Assembly: GCA_038231075.1 (NCBI GenBank)
Contig: JBBRMA010000015.1
Span: 35,904 to 99,903 of the forward strand
Origin: Myxococcales bacterium
Lineage (GTDB): Bacteria > Myxococcota > Myxococcia > Myxococcales > 40CM-4-68-19
Direction: 5' to 3'
DNA: 64,000 bases
The notes under the pieces were generated by a model. That model ran no database searches. It saw only the letters and a list, made by a program, of their open reading frames with translations, and was not told the DNA's origin. Positions 51,501-58,880 of the stretch are shown one piece after another. The position numbers and the translations under genes are program-made. Position 1 is the stretch's first letter. The number at the start of each line of letters is the position of its first letter.

Positions 51501-52711
51501 CAACCTCGGTGAGCTTCGGCGGCGTGGTCGTCGGCGGCCAGCTGACCGGTTCGGCCACCTTCACCAACTCGGGCAGCGCGGCACTCACCATCAACGGGGC
51601 CACACCGCCCGCTCCGCCCTTCAGCGCGACCGGCCTGCCGCCCTCGGGCACCACCATCTCCTCCGGCCAGTCCTTCTCCGTCTCGCTCGCCTTCGCACCC
51701 ACGGTCGGCGGCCAGTACACCGATCAGCTGGTGGTGCAGAGCTCGGGCGGCACCCTCACGGTTCCTCTCTCCGGGAACGCGACGGTGCCCGGCGTCTTCC
51801 AGGTCTCGCCGCTCAGCGTGGACTTCGGCTCGGTCAACATCGGCGGCACGCTGCAGCGCTCGTTCATCGTCTCCAACTCCGGAGGCTCGCCGCTGATCGT
51901 CAATCGCTCCAAACCGCCGGTGCTGGGAGTGTTCGTGCGCGGGACCGATCTGTTCGAGGGTACCCCGCTCGCCGCGGGAGCCTCGTTCACCGAGACCGTC
52001 GAGTTCATCCCGACCACCCCCGGCGTCTTCACCGACACCTGGAGCCTCAACTCCGATGCCTCCGCCAGCATCACGACGGTGACCTTCACCGGCACCGCGG
52101 TGGACGTGGGCGTCAAGGCCATCCCCGATCCGGCCGCGGGCGGCTGGCAGATCAACGGCGCGGCCAGCCTGCTCGGCGGCGCGCTCGGGTCCCAGCTGCA
52201 GCTCACTCCCGTGCAGGCGATCGTGGCGGGGTCCGCGTTCTGGCCCACGGCGATTCCCTCGGCCGGCCTCGCCGTCTCGTTCGACGCGCTCCTCGGCGGC
52301 GGCACGGGCGGCGATGGCCTTGCGCTGGTGCTCGGCGATCCTGCCGGTGGCGCGGTGGCGACCTCGCTCGGCGGCACTGGCGGCGGGCTTGGCTTCGCGG
52401 GGATCCCGGGCTTCGCCGTCGCCCTCGACACGACGATGCCGGCCAACAACTTCGTCGGCCTTGCGACCAACGGGGGCGCCGGCCTGACCTGGCTCGCGAC
52501 CTCCGCCAGCGTGCCTTCGCTGCGCTCTGCCTCCCATCACGTCGACGTCGCCTACGCGGCTGGGACCCTCACCGTTTCGCTCGACGGAGCGCCGGTGATC
52601 ACGAAAGCCGTGGCGCTGCCTCCCAGCCTCCTCATCGGTTTCAGCGGCGGCGCCGGCAGCCTGACCGACAACCACGCAGTCTCGAACGTCACCATCAGCA
52701 GCGGGCCCTAG
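45530..52711 (+). CDS. giant multidomain lipoprotein: 3 x (unrecognised ~215-aa module + Ig-like repeats) + PQQ-like beta-propeller + 3 ASH-like (choice-of-anchor-D-like) domains + L-type lectin domain
   Basis: 2393 aa from the ATG at 45530 ('MKIMNSRLVLAICGALLAC' lipoprotein signal). The ORF track starts at 45389. Domain boundaries, read from the translation: modules at 45656, 47090 and 48521; 3+3+2 Ig-like repeats; propeller ~49681-51170 ('YAQPLVWNG', 'DADFGSGG'); ASH-like domains ~51170-52100 ('SVDFGSVNIGGTLQRSFIVSNSGGSPL'); lectin ~52110-52708 ('GGDGLALVLGD...GGGLGFAGIPGFAVALDT'). Confidence 0.85.
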   Translation: MKIMNSRLVLAICGALLACRGPDASPRAAPAAGVSSGALTSAPTLDSGFPVHGGAAGSGSPVSISYATVGTNRLVVLAIEGNTISGLPISVTGSALAWTQLGAPARSVKKPQLWTSWWSAWAAAPTSETVTIKLPAGGWWNFVDAELLAFAGASQALGASATAHDSGANTVYPSVTINAVAAGSVLLAAGIGSWANRLLDANSLALWTRPTAHTFEFSTWLAEYKTATGAPGSFVLGTTGGTQTDSWALFAVEVLAAAPAGVAVAVSPKTAAVQTGGAQQLTATVTGSANTAVNWLVQEGAAGGVVTAAGLYTAPSVAGTYHVVATSQADGTSSDSATLTVSAPPPVAVAVSPKTAALLTGAAQQFTATVTGSANTAVTWAVLEGAAGGAVTAAGLYTAPSVAGTYHLIATSQADVTGSDSATLTVTAPPPVAVAVSPKNAAVLAGAAQQFSATVTGSANTAVIWSVQEGAAGGAVTASGLYTAPAAAGTYHVVATSQADATKSDSAAVTVTAAAPPGAPPTLDSGFPVHVGAGGSASPVAIPYFTSGSNRLLLLAIEANTISGLNVSVSGSVLSWQRVSAPVQSVKAPQWWTVWWYAVAALPTAETVTVKLPAGGWWNFVDAEVLSFAGANLVPGATGSAHDGGTTSAFPSVTINASATGSLLLAAGTGSWSTRSLDANSIALWTRPFVNNFDSTTWVAESKKATTAPGSYVLGTTGGNQTDTWALSAIEVLAAVPAGVAVAVSPKTPTLITGGAQQFTATVTGSANTAVIWSVQEGASGGTVTAAGAYTAPAVAGVYHLVATSQADATRSDTATVTVTPPPPVVVAVSPKTQSLIAGGSQQFTATVTGSANTAVTWSVQEGASGGVITAAGVYTAPLGAGTYHVVATSQADASKSDSAAVTVTAPPPVAVVVSPKTPSLIAGGSQQFTATVTGSANTGVTWSVQEGAAGGSVSAAGAYSAPATAGAYHVIATSLADGTKSDSATITVAAAAAPGAPAIDSGFPIHVGTGGSGNGLSITYFTPGSNRLVLLAIEANTISGLPISVFGSLLDWNPYGPPVQSVKSPQVWVSWWYAYSSLPVADTVNINLPAGGWWNFVDAELLSISNGVLGATATARDAGAGSSYPAVTITAVGGSGSMLLAAGVGTWSTRSLDANSTALWTRPFVNSFDSTTWLAERTALTPGPGAFTLGTVGGNQTDSWALSAIEVQSVGPQPVAIAINPKTPSLVTGATQQFTASVTNTANTAVTWSVQEGIVGGIITQAGVYTAPGSAGTFHVTGTSQADPTRSDTATLTVAIPPPASVTVAPGTASLIVGATQQFSATVVGLAGTAVTWSVQEGPSGGTISSSGVYAAPAAAGTYHVLAVSQADGTKSGTATIFVTAPGQVVMQGNDPMRTGWYPNQATLTPSLVSSGTFGQQFSTPVNGQIYAQPLVWNGTLLIATETNWIYGLDAISGAILWSRNLGTPFNAADLACGDLTPSVGITGTPVIDGATGTAYLVAKSYVAGSSGPTETKMHAIDVGSGVERPSFPVTIQGTAQNASGQTFASNTEFQRPALLLMNGVVYAAFGGHCDVPPYQGWVAGVTTAGRLSSLWTARAAAGQSGTGIWMAGNGLMSDRSGTFFLGTGNALGTGGTPTTPTPGNLTPSDLGESLVRMDVQSDGTLKATDFFTPYDAVHLDAIDADFGSGGAVGLPAPYFGTASIPRLLLATGKQGYLYLLNADALGGCQQGPGAGDQVVARVGPTTGVWSHPAVWPGDGGWVFLNPAFATFGFYKYAVTGTGAPTLNRVASSNDSFGFGSGAPVVTSNGTQSGSALVWTVWMADGSGQNAQLRAYDAAPTGSVIAPRFSAPIGAGTKFAAPGVSGGRIYVGARDGHVLGFGAPVVAPLTGSQLSFPSTLVGQSSTMVETLTAGTAVTVTAFSSSNAAFTFGAPSSPLPVSLAAGQTLTVPVIFTPSAAKIAAGTLTVASSAGPLLEGVTGVGLAAAPLLTVLPTSVSFGGVVVGGQLTGSATFTNSGSAALTINGATPPAPPFSATGLPPSGTTISSGQSFSVSLAFAPTVGGQYTDQLVVQSSGGTLTVPLSGNATVPGVFQVSPLSVDFGSVNIGGTLQRSFIVSNSGGSPLIVNRSKPPVLGVFVRGTDLFEGTPLAAGASFTETVEFIPTTPGVFTDTWSLNSDASASITTVTFTGTAVDVGVKAIPDPAAGGWQINGAASLLGGALGSQLQLTPVQAIVAGSAFWPTAIPSAGLAVSFDALLGGGTGGDGLALVLGDPAGGAVATSLGGTGGGLGFAGIPGFAVALDTTMPANNFVGLATNGGAGLTWLATSASVPSLRSASHHVDVAYAAGTLTVSLDGAPVITKAVALPPSLLIGFSGGAGSLTDNHAVSNVTISSGP
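45656..49680 (+). repeat. super-repeat inside the giant gene: unit = novel module + 3 Ig-like repeats, period 1434 and 1431 nt, third unit truncated (2 Ig)
   Basis: The unit starts were located exactly in frame: 'PTLDSGFPVH' at 45656, 'PTLDSGFPVH' at 47090 and 'PAIDSGFPIH' at 48521. Confidence 0.8.
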
Positions 52712-52753
52712 CGCACCGATCGGTGCTCTAGCCGGGCCTGACGGAGTAGAGTC

Positions 52754-53980
52754 GTGGCGCGCCCGGGGAGGGTCCAAACCATGCGCACCAACGGTAGGCA
52801 GCGCGTCTGGTGGGCGGAGGTTCGGGGATTGCTCGCGGCGTGCTGGGTTGCGAGCGCGCCTCTCGCGGCAGGCTGCGGGCTCGCGCAGGCGACCAGTCCA
52901 GGACCCGGCGACGCGGGCGACGCCGGTGTCTTCGATGGCGGGACCATCCTGGACGGCGGTCCCCAGGCCTGGCGGAGCGTCACTCCGGCCGGGATCACTC
53001 TCGACCCGACCTTGTTCTCCGGCGACAACCACGGCGTCGTGGAGATGGTCGCCGACCGCGCCCACAGCGGCACGCTGTACGCGGGCACCGACTACCAGGG
53101 AATCTGGAAGTCGACCGACTTCGGGCTCACCTGGGCGAAGGTCAGCGCCTCGAGCAGCGCTGTGGACGCCGGCCGCAACTGGGGGATGGGCATCAGCCGC
53201 GACGGCAAGACGCTCTACACCTTCGCAGGCTACGCCAGTGGCGGGCTCTGGATGTCGAAGGACGGCGGCGTCACCTGGACGCAGCGCTGGACCGACCCGA
53301 CCGGCCACTCGGTTGGCAATGACCTGTACATGATCGACATCGACCCGGCCGACGATCGGCACCTGCTGATCACCCTGCACGGCAACGCGCCGACGGCCTC
53401 GTACAACAACCACATCTTCGAGAGCAGCAACGGCGGCCTGACCTGGCGCGACGCGGGCGGCCCCGGCGTGACCAACAGCGCCTATGTCTTCTTCATCACT
53501 TCGACCACCTGGCTCGCCATCTCGCAATGGAACAACAACACCAACGGCACCTGGCGCACCACCGATTCGGGCGCCAACTGGTCGATGGTCGCCGACATCG
53601 AGCACGGCCACGGCAACAGCCAGATCGCGGTGCTGCCCGGCCTGGTCTATCTGCCCGGCATCTCGAAGTCGGGCGGCGGCGTGTGGCGCTCCTCGGACTC
53701 CGGGGCGACCTGGACGCACGTGCTCTCGAGCGCAGCGGAGGCCACCATCGTCGCCACTCCGACAAGCCTCTATGCCTCTTACGGCTGGTCCACCGGCGGC
53801 GACAACGACCCGCAGCTCTTCCACGCTTCGCGAAGCGCCGACACGGTCTGGGTCCGAGACACCCGGCCAGGCGGCATGAGCAACGGCGCCAAGCGGGCCG
53901 CTGTGGTCTTCGACGGCACGCACTACGTAGTCGTGATGGGATGTTTCGATGCCGGGATCTGGCGCTTCGTCGAGCCCTGA
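52754..53980 (+). CDS. lipoprotein, Asp-box (BNR) beta-propeller, paralog 3 of 3 (no Ig repeat)
   Basis: 408 aa. An in-frame ATG at 52781 is an alternative start. Lipobox 'LAAGC'. Asp-boxes: 'WKSTDFGLTW', 'SKDGGVTW', 'SSNGGLTW', 'WRTTDSGANW' and 'WRSSDSGATW'. The C-terminal 'SNGAKR' block is shared with the other two paralogs. Confidence 0.75.
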   Translation: MARPGRVQTMRTNGRQRVWWAEVRGLLAACWVASAPLAAGCGLAQATSPGPGDAGDAGVFDGGTILDGGPQAWRSVTPAGITLDPTLFSGDNHGVVEMVADRAHSGTLYAGTDYQGIWKSTDFGLTWAKVSASSSAVDAGRNWGMGISRDGKTLYTFAGYASGGLWMSKDGGVTWTQRWTDPTGHSVGNDLYMIDIDPADDRHLLITLHGNAPTASYNNHIFESSNGGLTWRDAGGPGVTNSAYVFFITSTTWLAISQWNNNTNGTWRTTDSGANWSMVADIEHGHGNSQIAVLPGLVYLPGISKSGGGVWRSSDSGATWTHVLSSAAEATIVATPTSLYASYGWSTGGDNDPQLFHASRSADTVWVRDTRPGGMSNGAKRAAVVFDGTHYVVVMGCFDAGIWRFVEP

Positions 53981-54050
53981 GGCGGTGGGGCGCCTGTTGA
54001 GCCTACCAGCCGCGGCAATCTAAGCTCGGCTCAGGCGCCCCCGCCGCAGG

Positions 54051-54902
54051 ATGAAACCGATGCCCGATCCGACTCCCCGACCTGTCCTCGCCGTCCCGCC
54101 GATCGCGGCGCTGTCGCCTGCCGATCGTGCACGGCTCGAACGGTCCTTCGCGGAGGATGGCTACGCGATCATCCCGGCGGTGGTCTCACCGGAGCGGCTG
54201 GCCAGCCTGAAGACCCGCATCCTCGAGGAGTTCGAGCGCAGCAAGAGGGAGGGCGAGCTCTTCTCCGGCGGCGGCCTGATGAGCGGCCACCTCAACTGCT
54301 TTCCCGGCGCCGAGTCGCGCTTCATCTACGAGGAGCTGGAGGCGCACGGGGTGATCGACCTGGTCCGCGCCCTCATGCCCAAGGCGACGCGGCTGCCGAA
54401 CGTGGGCTGCAACCTGAACCTGCCCGGCAGCGTGGTGCAGCACTACCATGTCGATCGGCCCTTCACGCAGGACTTCATGATCGTGAACGTCGCCCTGGTG
54501 GACACCGCCATCGCCAACGGCGCCATCGAGCTGGCGCCCAAGTCGCACCAGAAGTTCTACAAGTTCTGGCGCTTCGCCATCGAGCGGCCGCACCGCGCCG
54601 CCGTGCGCGTCGAGATGAAGCAGGGCGATGTCCTCATCCGCACCTCGAACCTCTGGCACCGCGGGATGCCGAACCTGACGCAGGTGGCGCGGCCGATGGT
54701 GGCGCTCACCTGGGAGGACGGCGGCAGCACCGAGCCCGACCCGTACGGGATGTGGGACGGCAAGATCAAGTTCCGGCCCAACTGGTACCGGCCGAACTTC
54801 CTCGGACGGCTGCGCGAGCGCACCTTCATCGCGGCGCCCATCACCTACTCGGCGTACCGCTTCGTGCGCTCGCTGGTCGGCACGAAGGGCTACGATCACT
54901 GA
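54051..54902 (+). CDS. phytanoyl-CoA dioxygenase (PhyH) family Fe(II)/2-oxoglutarate oxygenase
   Basis: 283 aa. It has 'QHYHVD' (HxD) and a distal 'LWHRGMPNLTQVARPMVALTW' (H..N....R) pattern. Confidence 0.75.
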   Translation: MKPMPDPTPRPVLAVPPIAALSPADRARLERSFAEDGYAIIPAVVSPERLASLKTRILEEFERSKREGELFSGGGLMSGHLNCFPGAESRFIYEELEAHGVIDLVRALMPKATRLPNVGCNLNLPGSVVQHYHVDRPFTQDFMIVNVALVDTAIANGAIELAPKSHQKFYKFWRFAIERPHRAAVRVEMKQGDVLIRTSNLWHRGMPNLTQVARPMVALTWEDGGSTEPDPYGMWDGKIKFRPNWYRPNFLGRLRERTFIAAPITYSAYRFVRSLVGTKGYDH

Positions 54903-54909
54903 GCGAGGT

Positions 54910-55914
54910 TCAGGCCGGGGCCGTCTCGAAGCCGCAGGCGAGCGCCTCGTCCACCACCCGCTGGTACTCGAGGTCGGCCGCGCTGTCGCGAAAGGCGCCG
55001 CGGCGGCGCAGGTCGGCGAAGGTCGCGCGCGCGCCCTCGACGAGGCCAATCCGGGCCGTGAACTCAGGCACGTGCGCCCGCGCTTTTGCCGAGGAGTAGG
55101 CGCCGTGGAACCGGGTGATGTCGCGCAGGAACCCGAGCCGCGCGGGCAGCTTCTTCAGCAGCCACCCCGCTGGCGCGAAGACCAGCTGCGCGCGTGTGTC
55201 GAGCGCGGCCGCGGTCTGTCGATAATAGTCGCGCCAGGTGAGCACCTCGTCGCGGGTGGCGTTGTAGGCCTCCCCGTAGGTGCGCGGATTGAGCGCAGCG
55301 TGCGCGAAGAAGGTGCCGACGTCGTCGCGGTGGGTCGATTGCCAGAGGCCCAGGCCCTCGCCCGCGCAGAGGATGGGCAGCCCGCGCGCGATGCGGTCCC
55401 AGGTGCCGCTGTCGGCCTCGAGCTGATCGACCAGCGGCCAGCCCGGCCCGTAGGTGTGGCTCGGCCGGACGGTGGTGAGCTGGAAGGCGCCGCGGGCCGC
55501 CTCGCGCTCGAGGATGCGCTCGCAGGCGACCTTGTCGCGCCCGTAGGGGATGACCGGCTCCTGGGGAAAGCGCTCGTCGATCAGCACCTGCGCGCCGATC
55601 TTCGCGCCGTAGGTGCACACGGTGGAGCAGAAGAGCAGCTGCGCGCAGCGGCCGCCGAACGCGCGCGCGGTGCTCTCGGCGTCCCCCGGCGTGAAGCAGA
55701 TCATGTCGATGACCGCGTCGTAGCGCGCGGCCGCGAAGGAGCGCTCGAAGGCTCTCTGATCGGACCGATCGCCGATCAGCTGCTGAACTCCGGCCGGCAC
55801 CGTGCGGGAGCGGCGCTGCCGGTTGTAGACGGTGACGCTCGCGCCCCGCGCCTGCAGCGCCTCGACGATGCCGGTGCTGATCAACCCCGTGCCGCCAAGG
55901 AGGAGGACGTTCAT
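54910..55914 (-). CDS. NAD-dependent epimerase/dehydratase (extended SDR)
   Basis: 334 aa. 'LLLGGTGLIS' is a Rossmann motif and 'YGRDK' is the YxxxK catalytic motif. Confidence 0.8.
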   Translation of the reverse strand: MNVLLLGGTGLISTGIVEALQARGASVTVYNRQRRSRTVPAGVQQLIGDRSDQRAFERSFAAARYDAVIDMICFTPGDAESTARAFGGRCAQLLFCSTVCTYGAKIGAQVLIDERFPQEPVIPYGRDKVACERILEREAARGAFQLTTVRPSHTYGPGWPLVDQLEADSGTWDRIARGLPILCAGEGLGLWQSTHRDDVGTFFAHAALNPRTYGEAYNATRDEVLTWRDYYRQTAAALDTRAQLVFAPAGWLLKKLPARLGFLRDITRFHGAYSSAKARAHVPEFTARIGLVEGARATFADLRRRGAFRDSAADLEYQRVVDEALACGFETAPA

Positions 55915-55951
55915 CTGCCCAAGGTAGCCACTGCGCGGAGAGGTGAGCCGG

Positions 55952-57265
55952 CTATTGGTGCCCGCGCCCGACGCCGTAGTAGGTGAAGCCCTGCTCGCGC
56001 ATGCGGCGCTGGCTCCAGATGTTCCGGCCGTCGAAGACCACCGGCGCGGCCATCAAGGTCTTGATGCGGTTGAAGTCGGGCTGGCGGAACTCGTTCCACT
56101 CGGTCACCAGGAAGAGCGCGTCGGCGCCCTCGACCGCGGTGTACTGGTTGTCCGCGTAGGTGACGCGATCGCCCAGCACCTTGCGCGTCGCCGCCATGGC
56201 GACCGGATCGTGCGCGGTCACCGTCGCGCCGTCGGCGAGCAGCTCCTCGATCACGGCCAGCGCCGGCGCGGCGCGCACGTCGTCGGTCTTGGGCTTGAAG
56301 GCGAGGCCCCAGAGCGCCAGCTTCTTGCCGCGCAGGCCGCCGAGCGGCGCGAAGTGGGTGCGCGCCTTCTGCGCCAGCAAGCGCTTCTGCCGATCGTTGA
56401 CCGCGTCGACCGCCGCCAGCATCGCGTAGTCGAGGCCGTGGTTGCGCGCGGTCGCCACCAGCGCCTTCACGTCTTTGGGAAAGCAGGAGCCGCCATAGCC
56501 GACGCCGGGAAAGAGGAACGGGTGGCCGATGCGCTTGTCGGCCCCCATCGCCTTGCGGACGTTGTCGGCGTCCGCGCCCACGCGCTCGCAGAGGGCGGCG
56601 ATCTCGTTCATGAAGGAGATGCGGGTGGCGAGCATGGCGTTGGCCGCGTACTTGGTCAGCTCCGCCGAGCGCGGGTCCATGAAGTACATGGGGCTCTCGG
56701 TGCGCATGTAGGGTGCGTACAGATCGGCCATGATCTGGCGCGCGCGGTCGCTCTCGACGCCGATGACGATGCGGTCCGGGCGCTGGAAGTCGTCGATCGC
56801 GGCCCCTTCCTTGAGGAACTCGGGGTTCGAGACGACGTCGAGCGGCACCTTGGTCCGCGCCGACAGCTCGGCCTGCATGCGGCTCGCGGTGCCGACCGGA
56901 ACGGTGCTCTTGTTGATGATGACGGTGTAGCGCTCGGCCGCGCTCGCCACCTCGTGGGCGACCTTCATCACCGCGCGCATGTCGGCGTTGCCGTCGTCGC
57001 CCTGCGGGGTGCCGACGGCGATGAAGACCACCTCCGCGCTCTTGACCGCCGTCGCCAGATCGGTGGTGAACGTCAGGCGACCGGCGTTGATGTTGCGCCC
57101 GAGCAGCTCGTTGAGGCCGGGCTCGTAGATCGGCGACTCGCCTTTTTGCAGAAGCGCGATCTTCTCCGCGTCGATGTCGATGCAGACGACGTCGTGCCCG
57201 GTCTCGGCGAGGCACGTTCCGGTGACGAGCCCCACGTAACCTGTTCCAGCCACAGCGATGCGCAT
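55952..57265 (-). CDS. ugd: UDP-glucose 6-dehydrogenase
   Basis: 437 aa from the ATG at 57265, with GGAGGAAG 6 nt upstream. '[13 protein letters not shown]', 'NPEFLKEG' and 'GGSCFPKD' (catalytic Cys) are present. The ORF-track start at 57325 was rejected. Confidence 0.9.
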   Translation of the reverse strand: MRIAVAGTGYVGLVTGTCLAETGHDVVCIDIDAEKIALLQKGESPIYEPGLNELLGRNINAGRLTFTTDLATAVKSAEVVFIAVGTPQGDDGNADMRAVMKVAHEVASAAERYTVIINKSTVPVGTASRMQAELSARTKVPLDVVSNPEFLKEGAAIDDFQRPDRIVIGVESDRARQIMADLYAPYMRTESPMYFMDPRSAELTKYAANAMLATRISFMNEIAALCERVGADADNVRKAMGADKRIGHPFLFPGVGYGGSCFPKDVKALVATARNHGLDYAMLAAVDAVNDRQKRLLAQKARTHFAPLGGLRGKKLALWGLAFKPKTDDVRAAPALAVIEELLADGATVTAHDPVAMAATRKVLGDRVTYADNQYTAVEGADALFLVTEWNEFRQPDFNRIKTLMAAPVVFDGRNIWSQRRMREQGFTYYGVGRGHQ

Positions 57266-57386
57266 GCGGTCACTTCCTCCGAGCGGAAAAGAGGCGAGGC
57301 TAGCCGACGTCGCCGGGTGGGGCAATCTCGACTTCGGCGCGACAACCCGCTTCGCGCGCTCGCTCGAGTCGCGCTACAGTTTTCGC

Positions 57387-58325
57387 ATGCGCATCCTTGT
57401 CACCGGCGGGGCTGGATTCATCGGCTCCCATCTCTGCGAACGTCTCCTGCGGGAGGGGCACGACGTCATCTGCCTCGACAACTTTTTCACGGGGAGCAAG
57501 CAGAACATCGTCCAGCTCATGGACAGCAGGCGCTTCGAGCTGATCAGGCACGACGTGACCGAGCCGATCCTCCTCGAGGTGGACCGCATCTACAACCTCG
57601 CCTGCCCCGCCTCGCCCGTGCACTACCAGTACAACCCGGTCAAGACGGTCAAGACGAACGTGATGGGCACGCTCAACATGCTGGGCCTCGCCAAGCGCGT
57701 GCGGGCGAGGATCCTCCAAGCCTCGACCTCCGAAGTGTACGGCGACCCGAGCGTCCACCCGCAGACCGAGAGCTACTGGGGCAACGTCAACCCCATCGGG
57801 ATCCGCAGCTGCTACGACGAGGGGAAGCGCCTGGCCGAGACCTTGATGATGGACTACCACCGGCAGAACGCCGTCGATGTCCGCATCATCCGCATCTTCA
57901 ACACCTACGGGCCGCGGATGGCCGAGAACGACGGGCGGGTGGTGTCGAACTTCATCGTCCAGGCGCTGCGGGGCCAGGACATCACCGTCTACGGCGAAGG
58001 CCAGCAGACCCGCTCGTTCTGCTTCGTCGACGACCTCGTCGAGGGGATGACCCGGATGATGAACACCGACGGCTTCATCGGGCCGGTCAACCTCGGGCAC
58101 TCGGTGGAGAACACCATCCTCGAGTTCGCGGAGAAGATCATCGCCATCACCGGCTCGCGGTCGAAGATCATCCACAAGCCCTTGCCCCAGGACGATCCCA
58201 AGCAGCGGCGGCCCGACACGTCGCTGGCGGTCGCAAGGCTCGGCGGCTGGAAGCCACAGATCGATCTCGAGACCGGCCTGCGCCGCACCGTCGCGTACTT
58301 CGCGGAGCGGCTGAACCAGGCCTGA
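57387..58325 (+). CDS. uxs: UDP-glucuronate decarboxylase (UDP-xylose synthase)
   Basis: 312 aa from the ATG at 57387. '[14 protein letters not shown]', '[10 protein letters not shown]', 'YDEGKR' and '[10 protein letters not shown]' are characteristic of UXS/ArnA-decarboxylase type SDRs. Confidence 0.9.
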   Translation: MRILVTGGAGFIGSHLCERLLREGHDVICLDNFFTGSKQNIVQLMDSRRFELIRHDVTEPILLEVDRIYNLACPASPVHYQYNPVKTVKTNVMGTLNMLGLAKRVRARILQASTSEVYGDPSVHPQTESYWGNVNPIGIRSCYDEGKRLAETLMMDYHRQNAVDVRIIRIFNTYGPRMAENDGRVVSNFIVQALRGQDITVYGEGQQTRSFCFVDDLVEGMTRMMNTDGFIGPVNLGHSVENTILEFAEKIIAITGSRSKIIHKPLPQDDPKQRRPDTSLAVARLGGWKPQIDLETGLRRTVAYFAERLNQA

Positions 58326-58358
58326 CAGCGCCGGTCCTCGGAAGAGTGCAGAAAGTCG

Positions 58359-58393
58359 AAGGCCCCGGAGACCTCTTTGGTGTCCGGGGCCTT
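58359..58393. terminator. perfect 11-bp stem hairpin (AAGGCCCCGGA / TCCGGGGCCTT, 13-nt loop) between uxs and tRNA-Lys; possible bidirectional terminator
   Basis: The inverted repeat was read directly. It is followed by 'CTTCTT' on the plus strand, which is a weak U-tract. It lies downstream of both convergent transcription units. Confidence 0.5.
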
Positions 58394-58402
58394 CTTGCAG
58401 AG

Positions 58403-58475
58403 TGAGAGCGGAAGGAATCGAACCTTCAACCTATGGATTAAGAGTCCATTGCTCTGCCAATTGAGCTACGCTCCC
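58403..58475 (-). tRNA. tRNA-Lys (anticodon CTT)
   Basis: Hand-folded 73-nt cloverleaf. Acceptor GGGAGCG/CGCTCTC (one G-U pair), D-arm GCTC..GAGC, anticodon arm ATGGA-CTCTTAA-TCCAT, T-arm GAAGG-TTCGATT-CCTTC. CCA is not encoded. Confidence 0.85.
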
Positions 58476-58529
58476 CTATTCGGGGCGCCGTGAGTACCCC
58501 GGGCGCCCGGTGCTGTCAACGACATTGGA

Positions 58530-58605
58530 TGGGGTGGCTGACGGGGCTCGAACCCGCAACACCTGGAGTCACAGTCCAGTGATCTACCATTGATCTACAG
58601 CCACC
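58530..58605 (-). tRNA. tRNA-His (anticodon GTG) with encoded G-1 and CCA
   Basis: Hand-folded. The extra 5' G pairs with C73, which is the His identity feature. Acceptor GTGGCTG/CAGCCAC, anticodon loop CTGTGAC, T-loop TTCGAGC, 3' CCA encoded. Confidence 0.9.
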
Positions 58606-58654
58606 GTAGCTCGTCTTTCGCCTCCGCACCGCAACTTCGGACTTCCTACCACTT

Positions 58655-58731
58655 TGGCGCGCCTGGAGGGAGTCGAACCCCCGACCAGCGGCTTAGAAGG
58701 CCGCTGCTCTATCCAACTGAGCTACAGGCGC
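58655..58731 (-). tRNA. tRNA-Arg (anticodon TCT), CCA encoded
   Basis: Hand-folded 77 nt. Acceptor GCGCCTG/CAGGCGC, anticodon arm GCGGC-CTTCTAA-GCCGC, T-arm GGGGG-TTCGACT-CCCTC. Confidence 0.9.
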
Positions 58732-58759
58732 CTGTCCTCGAGCGACATCTCCAGAAGAG

Positions 58760-58833
<74 letters not shown>

Positions 58834-58880
58834 CGAAACGGCGCGTTTGGTACACGGTTTCCGCGGCTTCTGCAAGCTCG

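Noticed and set aside
48761-53923. 1720-aa minus-strand ORF antisense to the 45530-52711 giant gene and the third propeller gene
   Set aside because: The composition is low-complexity Arg/Gly/Ala/Asp with no domains. The sense frame has multiple recognisable domains and repeat logic.
53981-54050. GC-rich imperfect inverted repeat after the third propeller gene as a terminator
   Set aside because: The arms are imperfect (GGCGGTGGGGCGCC versus GGCGCCCCCGCC) with a loop of about 38 nt and no U-tract, so the evidence is too weak to call.
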